Origin: Macrostomum lignano
Taxonomy: Eukaryota
Reading direction: 5' to 3'
DNA length: 64,000 nt
NCBI GenBank assembly: GCA_002269645.1
Contig: NIVC01001238.1
Location: forward strand, 186,001 to 250,000
Positions 1 to 10,360 of the stretch are shown in pieces. Position 1 is the stretch's first letter, and every line of letters starts with the position of its first letter. The position numbers and the translations under genes were made by a program. The notes beneath the pieces were generated by a model, which searched no databases, was not told the origin of the DNA, and saw only the letters and a program-made list of their open reading frames with translations.

Positions 1-767
1 GAACTACTTTGCGACTGCATGCGACTTCAACTCGTGGCTGCCTCAGCACACTGACACCGTTACTGCTTGACCAAGAAAAAACTACAAAACATAACCTTGG
101 GTTCAATAATTCGATTCGTTTTAGCTGGTTGAGTCCAACGGGTAAGGAAATTCCTGAAAGATTGATATCGTTCAACCAGTCCTTGTAAGTAGAAAACCTT
201 TGAGGGTTTTTCCTCAAATTCTCATCACCGTGATGCAGCACTGCAAGGCAGGCATACAAAAAACAATCAGAGCCAGTACTAGGAGGATTGATGACGGCTT
301 TTTTGCCTTCAGCAGAGGAGGTAATTCAAAATTGCTTGCGTGACCAGAGTAGAAGCGCAGTCTTTGACCAACCGCAATATTCAAGTCGATGCAGTTGACG
401 CGCACAATCACCCAACCACTGCCATTTGTGTTCATCTTCTCAATGATGCCTTCGCAACCATCAATCTGCTGCTTCCACCAATCATCAAAGCAAGCGGCGT
501 CATTGACAGGTTGCAAACGAGTGCTGCTTACCCATCTTTCTTCCTGGTTCACCACTTCACCAGCTTGGATTCTGTTCATTCGGATGCTCATTTTTAGCTG
601 CGCTCTAACTAAAAGATTTGGGTTCACCATCTTCTCGAATACAATTCGCTGTATTGCTTCCCTGCTCCGTCGGGCGAGTTCAAATGGATCACATGGTGCA
701 TCGCTTGGCACGGAAATTCGATACACCACCAGGGTTTCGTTGTGCGCACTTGCTACTTGCTGAATGT
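1..767 (-). CDS. Polinton/Maverick-type protein-primed DNA polymerase B, N-terminal region (partial, runs off the window edge; one 1-nt frameshift near 300)
   Basis: The ORF 729-214 contains MNTNGSGWVIVRV..IDLNI and FELPPLLKAKK. Adding one base to the A6 run (T6 on the + strand, 299-304) continues the frame AVINPPSTGSDCFLYACLAVLHH..NPQRFSTYKDWLNDINLSGISLPVGLNQLKRIELLNPRLCFVVF open to position 1. This fits the GSGW...LP..L..KKA.IN....D..CF.....A.LH...LN..GI..P......FE..NP signature of pPolB N-termini. Acceptor TTTTTTATTTTAG at 768. Confidence 0.65.
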
Positions 768-951
768 CTAAAATAAAAAAATTAACAGCTTTGCTTATTT
801 TCTGTTACTCAAAGGATGATATTCCATGGTAATGAAATTTAGACTCAATAAGCACACTTAAATTGAATTTCTCGATTTTTAAATACAAAACTTCGAATGC
901 ACCCAGGAATTAAATAACTTAAGGCTGAAATTAAAAATGTTGTTGACTCAC

Positions 952-1545
952 GATAAGGATGAATATTGCTGGCACCGTTGTTTTCGATCAAGCTGAGTTC
1001 CCTTCCTGCACTACCGCCGCCAGTGTCGCTTCCTGCACTGCCGCCGCCGGTGTCGCTTCCTGCACTGCCGCCACCGGTGTCGCTTCCTGCACTGCCACCG
1101 CCGGTGTCGCTTCCTGCACTGCCGCCGCCGGTGTCGCTTCCTGCACTACCATCGCCGGTGTCGCTTCCTGCACTACCACCGCCGGTGTCGCTTCCTGCAC
1201 TGCCACCGCCGGTGTCGCTTCCTGCACTACCATCGCCGGTGTCGCTTCCTGCACTACCACCGCCGGTGTCGCTTCCTGCACTGCCGCCGCCGGTGTCGCT
1301 TCCTGCACTGCCACCGCCGGTGTCGCTTCCTGCACTACCACCGCCGGTGTCGATCAGACTGGAACCCTACTAGCACAATCTTGCTTAGTGTTGTTGGTGT
1401 CGGTTTCAGAGAGCCTATCGAAATCACTCTCCGAGTAGTCTGCCCCGGAACTTGATTCAGACCAATTATCTTCGCTCTCTGATTCTGACCAGCAGTCACA
1501 ATCGGACTCTGAAAACTCGCTTGAGTCCTGGTCTGCTCTCTGTCC
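952..1545 (-). CDS. Putative upstream exon of the pPolB gene: acidic Ser/Asp/Glu stretch followed by a (AGSDTGGGS)n repeat linker; needs one frameshift near 1365
   Basis: Acceptor-like CACTTTCACTGTGCAG at 1546. Acidic frame SEFSESDCDCWSESESEDNW. Donor C|GTGAGT at 951 is phase-compatible with the acceptor at 768 when the repeat is read as AGSDTGGGS. Confidence 0.35.
1001..1349. repeat. 27-bp tandem repeat (GCCGGTGTCGCTTCCTGCACTGCCACC), about 13 copies
   Basis: Directly visible; gives 9-aa periodic translations in all frames. Confidence 0.95.
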
Positions 1546-2335
1546 CTGCACAGTGAAAGTGCGGCAGAGTTGAACAACTGTTTTTAGAGCTTATCAACCT
1601 CGCCTCCATTTCAAAACCCCACCCTTTCCACTCAAGCCCCGCACCCGTTACAAAGTTTATTGCCCATTTATTATCAATCCCAGTGCGCCATAGGCAGACA
1701 CTCAAGAACCAAGACAAGAACCTCTCTCTTATCTATTTCACTCCGCACTGACAAATAGTGCGGCAGAGTTGCATAGGCATGCTATAGGATAAGCACAGTG
1801 GGGACGCTGAGGAGTTGCAATGGCCAGGCACAAATTGAGGTGGACGTTTCCACGCTATGCCTACCTTGTTTTTAATTTGTTTACTCTGCTATTCTAAAAA
1901 CCTTCCGATTCTTTGCTTTGCTACAGAGTTGCATTAATGCGGCAGAGTTGAACAACTGTTTTAGAGCTCACACCTATCTGTCCCTGCACAGTGAGAGTTG
2001 CATTGGCATGCTATAGGATAAGCATAGTGGGGGACGCCGAGGAGTTGCAATGGCCAGGCACAAATTGAGGTGGACGTTTCCACGCTATGCCTACCTTGTT
2101 TTTAATTTGTTTACTCTGCTATTCCAAAAACCTTCCGATTCTTTGCTTTGCTACCTGCCTCCCCCAGTGCAGCAGAGTTGCATTAAGCGTTTCACCACCC
2201 GCGCCGCCTAGCCAATCACACCCACCCCACGCCCCCTTATTTCCATTGGCTATCTCAGCTGGCTTTTTTTACGCCCTCCTATCCTTTTTACATTACCGCC
2301 TATCTCCGCAGTGCAAGTGCGGCAGAGTTGCATAA
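1540..2335. repeat. Mosaic of short duplicated modules: GTGCGGCAGAGTTG motif about 5 times, plus a ~150-bp direct repeat (about 1771-1923 and 2000-2155)
   Basis: Motif copies near 1559, 1758, 1938, 2167 and 2318; the block GCATGCTATAGGATAAGCA...CTTTGCTTTGCTAC occurs twice. Confidence 0.85.
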
Positions 2336-3200
2336 ACTCATACTACTGTGGGGGTACAAACTAGCAATTCTAGCCTATGCTTGGCTCAATTAATTATTAG
2401 TTGAGTTCAAGACGGTTGGTTGATGGTTGAAGACGCATTCAATTTAGCTCTACAAGAAGCCCAGCTCGTATTGTTGAATATGGAAGGCAAAGTGATTGAA
2501 GCTGAAGGGAAGCATTTCAAGCGAGAGAGCTGCACCTGCCTTTCAGCTGTGGGGACAAGAGTGGTGAAACAGACGGCGATGCCATGAGCTGGCAGCAACC
2601 CACATTCTACACGCTCCTGAAAAGGCGAGAGATTTGAAAATTTTCTCAGCCACCGGTGCTTGCATAAATAATAAATACAAGCTCTGTTTTCTGCCAACCG
2701 CCTTCCAGCCCGCCGTTGCGATAGTAACAAAGGGACCGAAAGCATCTCCCTAAACCCATGTGATGCGAGCGGGTAACACAAGTTGCTGCGAATCAGCTTG
2801 GAACGGCACAAAAAATCAATAGGCTTTTTCTCTTCCCATCCTGTTTCACGCTGCCAATGCTGAGGGAAACGCAACGCAGAAGCCTCTTCTGCCCCTGGCG
2901 CAGAGAGGACTCATCTCAGAACTCCATAAATGCCAAATCTACTAGCTCTTGCTCTAGAAGCAAAACTTTTTACGATTCCTCTACCACTTTTCGACAGAAG
3001 ACAAAAGCACAAATACTTTTCCACTGGATAGTGTCTTAATCTGCTGGCTCTGGTTTCACTAATTGGATCATTTGCTCTCAATTGTAAGTTGCTGATCGGA
3101 CTCAAACCTGACATTTTCCATATTTCATTAGACTTAAAGCGAGTACATACTCAGTAATACGACAGAAAACTAATTTCCTGTCACCAGACGGCCAGTTGAA

Positions 3201-3962
3201 ATGCTGCTATTGCTGCCACTGCTGACGCTGAGTATCGTGGTAAAAAGTGAACCAACTTGTGACTCTCCGAAAGCGACTTTCCACCCGATCTCTGGCGCTG
3301 ACTGCGTGACGTCCAGCTTCACCCACACCGTGTGGGGCTCGTGCGATCCTCAGTCCTGCAGCCTGTACTGCGCCAAGATGCCGAACTGCCGAGCCTTCTC
3401 TCTGCCGGATGGCGACTGCCTCTGCAAGCTGTTCCTGTTCGACAAGTGCAGCCACCGAGTGCAGTCAGTGGCCAACTGCACTCACCGAGTAACCGTGTAC
3501 GTGAGATCGCTACCTGGAGTAGCTCCGGGTCGCCTGTGCCCACCCGGATACGAGCACTCTCAGTTCGGATCCTCATACAAGGTGTCGGCCTCACTGGTGA
3601 CTAATTGGGTTGACGCTCTCTCCCGGTGCGGCTAGGAGGCCGGACTGTCGAAGTTCGCGGACGCTCTGGACTCCGACGAGTCACGTCACCTGATGTGGAT
3701 CAAGAACGTGTCGAACATTCCTGTAGAGAGTTTGTACCTGGGTGGCCACCAGATTCCGGGCTCTGCGGACAAGACGGAAGGCTGGATCTGGGACGCCTGC
3801 AACGAGAGCATCCGGGCCGACGTCTGGGAGCCGGGGAGGCCGAACAAAGGATTGCCGGATCAGGGCTGCGCGGGTGTCTACACTGGTCACAAGCTCGGCG
3901 TCGATGATGTCGGATGCTCTAAAAGCTGGAAGTACATCTGCGAGTGCTTGTCCGTGTTCTAA
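3201..3962 (+). pseudogene. Secreted PAN/apple + C-type lectin domain protein, copy 1; intronless; one in-frame TAG at 3633-3635
   Basis: Signal peptide MLLLLPLLTLSIVVKS. Apple-like CSLYCAKMPNCRAFS...CLCKL. CTLD features CPPGY..FGSSYKV...NWVDALSRC, LYLGG, WIW, WEPGRPN, GCAGV, VDDVGC..WKYICE. The ORFs 3201-3635 and 3693-3962 are in the same frame and separated only by the TAG. Confidence 0.85.
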
Positions 3963-4011
3963 CTTACATGTTCGTAGCTCAGAAGCTTGAATGCTGTCGC
4001 ATGGGACCATT

Positions 4012-4377
4012 AGAGGGGGGCCGTAGCCCAGCGGTAGCGCAGCTGCTCTGGTGTGCCAGCGACCCAGGCTCGATTCCAAGTGCAGTCACATTAATTTGGG
4101 GCTGAATTGGAATCTCGGCTTGGCTTTGCTCGGACAATTAACGGCCTTGAGGGCCAACCCCCCAAGGCGCAGTGAAGTGTACATGCCTAACGATAATATA
4201 AAGTTAGGGCCGCTGTACACTCCTGTGTGAGTGTGTGCCTGCGTACGTATCCGCGCGCTTGTATGCCTGCTCAGGGGAGTCGGCGGAATGGGCAGTAATG
4301 CCTCTCGCCGGTTGTGTGCCTATGTCGCTTAAAGTGCGCCAGGGTGCACACAACCCCCCTGCCTCTAATAATAAAAA
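4012..4377 (+). mobile_element. tRNA-derived SINE, full length, 11-bp TSD (ATGGGACCATT)
   Basis: A box TAGCCCAGCGG (~4024) and B box GGCTCGATTCC (~4067); A-rich tail AATAATAAAAAA; TSD at 4001-4011 and 4378-4388. The paralogous site at ~7329 is empty, and a second copy lies at 14412-14736. Confidence 0.85.
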
Positions 4378-5445
4378 ATGGGACCATTGAAAGTTTGAAG
4401 ATACGAGCTACCTCGACATTCTCTATAAGTGAAAAATATTTAGAGTCAACCAACGCAGCCCAACTGTTGCATGTTTTGTTTCTGTGATCATATCAATCAA
4501 CCTCTTTCTCGCTATCCTAAGTGGAACGCAAACTGCCTTTACGAGTACATCCTGTAAGGAAACTGTTTTGACTTTGGTCCGTCTCTCTGTGTCAACCAGA
4601 CCCTATAGCTTAACATCTGGAATACACAATCAAACACCAAATACCTTTTTAATTGGCAAATTTCAATGCCATAAGCATGTTTTATCTAACACCAACATGC
4701 GTGCAATAGCAATAACTTTTTACGGCTTGTTGGAACAACTGTACTGAGCTTATGAGCCACTGACATTTGTGCGGTCTGTGATCCGAAAATGATGGTCACA
4801 CAAACGAGCGAGCGGCATCTGCTTCTCAGATGGGGACAAGAGAAGTGAAACAGACGGCAATGCCAAGAGCTGGCAGCAACCTCACCGAAAAGCGGTGAGA
4901 AATTTGCAATTTTCTGAGCCACCGTTGTTTGCGTGGATAATAGATGTGAACTCATGCTCCGCTTTTTCCCAATCGCCTCCCAGCCCGCCGTTGCCATCGT
5001 AACAAAAGGGACCCGAGAGCTTCTCCCTAAGCCCATATGATGCGAGCGGGTAACACAAGTTGCTCCGAATCAGCTTGGAACGGTAATGCAAATTCCAATT
5101 AATGCAAATTATTAATTGGTTTTTCTCTTCCCATCCTGTTTCACGCTACTAATGCTGTTTGAAGTGCGACGCAGGAGCCTCTTCTTCTCCTGGCGCAGAA
5201 AGGACTCATCTCCGGGCCTATTACTCTAAGGGAGCAATAACTTTTAAGATTCCTGTACCACTTTTCGACGCGACGAAACACTAAAACAGAAAACCGGCGT
5301 GCTTTTCCACTGGATAGTGTCCGAATCTGCTGGCTGATATAAACCTGATATTTTCCTTATTGCATTAGACTTGCAGCGACCACATTAGAGCTTCTCAGTA
5401 ATACGACCGAAAACTGAATTTACTGTCACTAGACAACCACATGAA

Positions 5446-7285
5446 ATGCTGCTACTGCTGCTACTGCTGACGTACTTCAGCGTTACGGTAAAAAGTGAAT
5501 CAACTTGCAACTCTCCGAAAGCGACTTTTCACCCCATCTCTGGCGCTGTCTGCGTGACTTTCAGCTTCTGTAGAGTGTTCTACCTCCCTCAAAAAGTGAT
5601 AAAATTGTGAACGTACTACTTACATAGTAGTAAGACAAGTAGCATGTATACGAATAAGCGTTGAATCACATATATATCTTAATCAACCAATCAGAAGAGC
5701 GAAAAGTCGGACATGTAATTTTTAGCAACCAATCAATCATGTGACCTACAATTGTCAGTTCAAACCCCATCTGCGATTCATCATTGGTCACGTGTGACCT
5801 ACATTTGTCAGTTCAAACCCCACCTACGATTCATCATTCGGCTTGCACCCGGATGAACCAATCAAAGGTATCTAAAAATAGCTCAGCTACGGTAACAATC
5901 ATGCGCGCTTACACTAGACTAGTTGCGCAACTTTCTACCCTGTCATGCTTGACAGCAACCAAAGTGTGACCCTTTGACATTTACGAAAAAGGTGATGGAC
6001 GACCTCGAGAGAGGTCCATTTGCCTATAAATACAAGTGGTCCGAAGCGGACCCGGAGCCAACTCCCGACGATAGGAGAAGCTCCGAAGAGGAAGCCTTAG
6101 GAGGACTTCCTGATCACTAAGTCAATCGAGACTCGGTCGAGTTGTTGCGGTAAGCCTTGCTCATTTGCGCCCGTGGTTTGAGTCGACTCACTATTGTTAT
6201 AGTGTTAGAGTCTGTTGAGACTCTTGAGTCCATCTGAGACTCCATTGGTTGTAGTCACCCGAAGGACTACCCTAAAAGATCTTAGAGGATCTATTAGAGA
6301 TTACCGGAGCAATACCTAGAGTGCATTGAGGCACTACTAGAAGGAGAAGGCTTAAGTGAAACCGCAGGTCGGCGCAGGGTACCCATTGTTGACACGAGGC
6401 CTCCGATTGGTCCTGACTGCAGATACCGGCCGGAAACAACTTCATCGGAAGTAAAAGAAGATACAGGACTAGATCAACCGATTCTAGACGTCTACACTTC
6501 CTGAAGAACAGGAACGCAACAGATTGCGAGAACAACTCATTGGACGAGAACTCCAAGGAGATCTGTCAAACCAGAGTCAAGGTAAGCAGTACCTTCATTT
6601 GATAACTGGGTTGCCTAGCAAAGTAGCTAGATGTGATTGTTCCTTGATTACTGAGAAAGTCTTGGTAGTAAGGAACATCACTTCACCCACACCGTGTGGG
6701 GCTCGTGTGACCCGCAGTCCTGCAGCCTGCACTGCGCCAAGATGCCGAACTGCTGGGCCTTCTCGCTGCCGGATGGCGACTGCCTCTGCAAGCTGTTCCT
6801 GTTCGACAAGTGCAGCCACCGAGTGCAGTCAGTGGCCAACTGCACTCACCGAGTAACCGTGTACGTGAGATCGCTCGCCTGTGCCCACCCGGATACAAGT
6901 ACTCTCAGTTCGGATCCTCATACAAGGTGTCGGCCTCACCTGCGACCAATTGGGCTGACGCTCTCTCCCGGCCGGACTGTCGAAGTTCGCGGACGCTCTG
7001 GACTCCGACGAGTCACGTCACCTGATGTGGATCAAGAACGTGTCGAACATTCCTGTAGAGAGTTTGTACCTGGGTGGCTACCAGATTCTGGGCTCTGAGG
7101 ACAAGACGGAAGGCTGGATCTGGGACGCCTGCAATGAGGTCATCCGGGCCGATGTCTGGGAGCCGGGGACGCCGAACAACGGATTACCCACTGAGGGCTG
7201 CGCTGCTGTCCACAAGATCGGCGTCGATGATGCCGGATGCTATTTCAACTGGAAGTACATCTGCGAGTGCCTGTCCGTGTTCTAA
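5446..7285 (+). pseudogene. PAN/apple + C-type lectin, copy 2; interrupted by a solo LTR and by 19-nt and 13-nt deletions
   Basis: ATG 5446 MLLLLLLLTYFSVTVKSESTCNSPKATFHPISG. After the insertion, homology resumes at 6681. Deletions relative to copy 1 at ~6875 and ~6970. CTLD C-terminal half intact at 7025-7285. Confidence 0.85.
5569..6680 (+). mobile_element. Solo LTR (1112 bp, TG...CA ends) with 4-bp TSD CTTC; Gypsy-like by TSD length
   Basis: The empty site in copy 1 reads AGCTTCACCCAC; here it is AGCTTC-[TGTAGAG...GGAACATCA]-CTTCACCCAC. TATA-like CTATAAATA at ~6024. No coding capacity. Strand inferred from the TATA orientation. Confidence 0.8.
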
Positions 7286-7808
7286 CTTACGGCATGTTCG
7301 TAGCTCAAAATTTTCTATACTTGTCGCATGGGACCAACGAAAATTTGAAGATACACTGCAAACTTCATCCCCAGCTTTCCAGCATAACTAATCTCTTATG
7401 TTATCCTGATACTGGGTTCTCGAGTGATCTGGAAGGAATTCTAGCTATTCACCATTGTCTAAAAATTCAGTCCTCAGATCTAAGGAGAATTGGTGGTAAC
7501 AGAATATTATCGCGATATCTTAGCAATCGCATATTAATATATTAGTCTTTGTTCTCGCAATATCTATTCTATGAGCTAATTTTTAATAGTAGAAAATGAG
7601 ATTTTTGTGACGTGGCGTTGATTTGATTTTATGCTCAACATTGGAGACAAAACCGGCCGTTATACAATAAAAGATGCAATTTCGAAAAAGCTAAATATAA
7701 TAGACAGATCGATAGTCAGATCGACCTTAGCGGAACGGCCGGAGGGAGAGAGCAAAGGCAACAATTGGAGAGCACGAGCAATACATCCCAAAAAACCCGA
7801 AAAAGGGA

Positions 7809-8663
7809 TTAAAAAGTTGGGTACACGGCGACGAACGCCAGACAGGCGCCACCCCGTCGTAGAGAGTTGCCTGAGAAGGCTGTCGCCGCCCAACCCGCAT
7901 CTGTCAGAGCCCGAGCGAGGCGGCGGTCGAATTGACGCGATGTCATCGGGCACCAGCTTCCGGTTATGTGGACGCAAAACAGCCGAGTCAGCGCCGGCGC
8001 AGACCGCAGCTTGTTAGCCTGAAAATGCCGGCGCAGGGCTTGGACAGGACATAGTGGGTGGCTTCCGAGCGCTGGCAGCACCGCCTCCTGGTAGTCTTGT
8101 CCGCATTGGTTGGTCTTCGACTGTCGAACTCGGAGTCTCCAGCACTGACCATCGGCCTGAGCGTCGCTGACGAGAATGGAGTGGCGCCCGCATACATTTG
8201 CTTTCCTGAGAAGCGCCCAGAAGCAGCAGAGCACAGCAGCCCAAAAGGCGGCGTCTGCAGGGTCTCTTGGGTTAATCTGTTTTGCCAGTGAAAGCGGAAC
8301 CGTCGGGGTGATGGAGTCTTTCTGCTTGACTGAATGGCTGCTTGTCCGTTTGGCGCTCTTAACTGCCAGATCGATCAGGCCGGACTTGGTGATGTCGGGG
8401 AGTTGCGCCAGCTTGAAGCTCCAGCTTGATGGCCGCCAGGTGTCCACCGAGGCTAGGCTGCCAGGTGCCACGCCGCGCTTAGCCAGGCGTCGCACGTACT
8501 CGACCAGGTGCACCGGGGACGCCGCTAGTGGCTGAACACCCTCGAGGTCGCAGAAGCGCTGCCACTGTTCGAGGTTTGAAGCGTACGACGCCCTCGTACT
8601 AGGAGCCCAGGCGTCAGCGAGGAAGCGAAGGAGCAGCCCGGGTAGGCGGGAGGCAGGAGGCAC
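7809..8663 (-). pseudogene. Tyrosine recombinase ORF of the Ngaro-like element
   Basis: 284-aa frame. The catalytic HxxR reads NSLR; a frameshift follows AFVA and no C-terminal catalytic Tyr region could be recognised. Confidence 0.85.
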
Positions 8664-8699
8664 CGGACCTGCAAAAGCAAAAGGGAGACGGAGGCAGGG

Positions 8700-10360
8700 C
8701 AGAGCGCGTGGCGCGAGATGCAGCAGGATTCAGCAGCAAAATCATGCAGGCTACGGTAGAAGCGGAGAAAAAAATTCTGCGCCCCGCTTCTAGAAGCAAG
8801 GCGAGAGGCCGGGTCTGCCAGGACCTGGAAAGCGCCTGGAACGTGAAAGGCCCGCAGCCGCAGACCCCACGCGTCGCAGGCAAGTGACAGCGTGTGCAGG
8901 AGCCGGTTGACGTCGTTACATGGCGAGCTGAGCTTGTTCAGCGCACCGACAGCCGCCGAGCTGTCGCTCTACACGACGATGTCCGCACTACACGACGACG
9001 AAGCGGGCCGGGGCCGCGAGGATGCTGAGGACAGGCGTCGTGATAGTCTCCTTAACGTTGATGTGGGCCGAAGCAAAACGACGACCAGCGTCATTCTTAC
9101 AGTTGATGTAGAGCCAGTCGGACTTATTGGCCTCCCGAACAATGCAGCCATCCCCCGAGTTGCAGGCGTCAGTCTCGATGACGATCCTTCGAGCGTAGCG
9201 AGGCCAGATGGACGCGCAGCCAATGGACTGAAAGCTTCTCCTCCACCAGTGCAGCAACTCGGTGAGGTGCGGGGCCAGCAGCAATTTGTCCCCAGGTCTA
9301 GTCGCCCGGCTCGCCAGCATCAGTAGAGGGCGGATGGAAGCTCGGCCTTTCCTGGTCACTCTGCTCACCCAGGACAGCTTGCCGCAGATCCGCTGGAGGT
9401 CGCGCTTGCTGATGGCAGCGCGTCGATGCAAGCAGCTCCCGAGTGCGTCTTCGAGTGCACTAAGCTTGGCCGGTGGGATGCTCAGCGTCCCCGACTCTGT
9501 GTCAATCAGGACGCCCAGGAAAACCGTGCGCCGCGACGGCCCGCTAGACTTTTTTTCGTTGATGGTGAAACCGAGGCTCGTCGCCAGGCTCCTCAAGCTC
9601 TCGTAGGCCTCGAAACAGGCCTCGTAGGTGCTCCCGGCCACAGCGAAGTCGTCGAGGTAGCCAACGCAGGTGAACCCGCGCCGTTGCATCATGCGCACCA
9701 CCGCCTTAGACAGCCTGTTAAAATGGTACACCGAGGCCGCAGCGCCGAAGCTCAGCCGGGTGTCGACCAGGTAGGTAGGCTCGCTGTCGCCGCTAATTGC
9801 CATTTGACGCCCAGAGCGTTGAGAGAAGGATGGACACCTACTGAGCGATACGCCTCCTTGAGATCGATCTTGGCCGTGAAATCACCGGGATTGAGTTGTG
9901 AGCAGAGGCCGCTAACGGTCTCAAACTTAATATTGTCGTCTGCGATAAAGTGGTCGTTGACCGCACAGCCTTCCGGACGACTGAAGTTGTGGATGATACG
10001 GACTCCACCGTCCTCTTCGGGATGGCACCAAGCGCGGAGATCTTACACGGACGTCGGCTGACTGACACACCGCCCGCTGGTGATCTCACGCTGCAATTGC
10101 TATTCGACCAACGTCTTGTACTCAATGGCGGACGAGTAGTTCCCAACTTCGGAAGGTTTAAAATCTGTTTCAGTAGTGAGCGCGAAGCCGTTTTGGACTC
10201 CGTCAATTAAAAAAGGCGCGTCGGGGTCGCCGTCCAGCTCCTTCGCCCAGGCATTTGAGTCAAGGGAGCCACTCGGATTGAAATTGATGTCGCGAATGGA
10301 GTAAAAACTTGGGATTAAAAGTTGCGGCTGCCAGCTTGCCGGGGCCACTGGAGCGCAGCT
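8700..10360 (-). pseudogene. Reverse transcriptase-RNase H ORF of the Ngaro-like element (frameshifted)
   Basis: Pieces lie in the ORFs 10100-10492, 9838-10206 and 8988-9803, with an RNase H tail SDSSAAVGALNK...AFHVPGAFQVLADPASRL at ~8800-8970. Confidence 0.85.

Noticed and set aside
1559-2330. CRISPR-like appearance: a recurring motif with variable intervening sequence, and GTTTTAGAGCT (~1958), which resembles the start of a type II CRISPR repeat
   Set aside because: Intervals are irregular (about 150-230 bp) and partly duplicated rather than unique spacers, the match is only 11 nt, there are no cas genes, and the context is eukaryotic.
7300-7810. Split direct repeats or termini of the Ngaro-like element
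   Set aside because: I found no convincing repeat shared with 11030-11300, so the element ends remain undefined.
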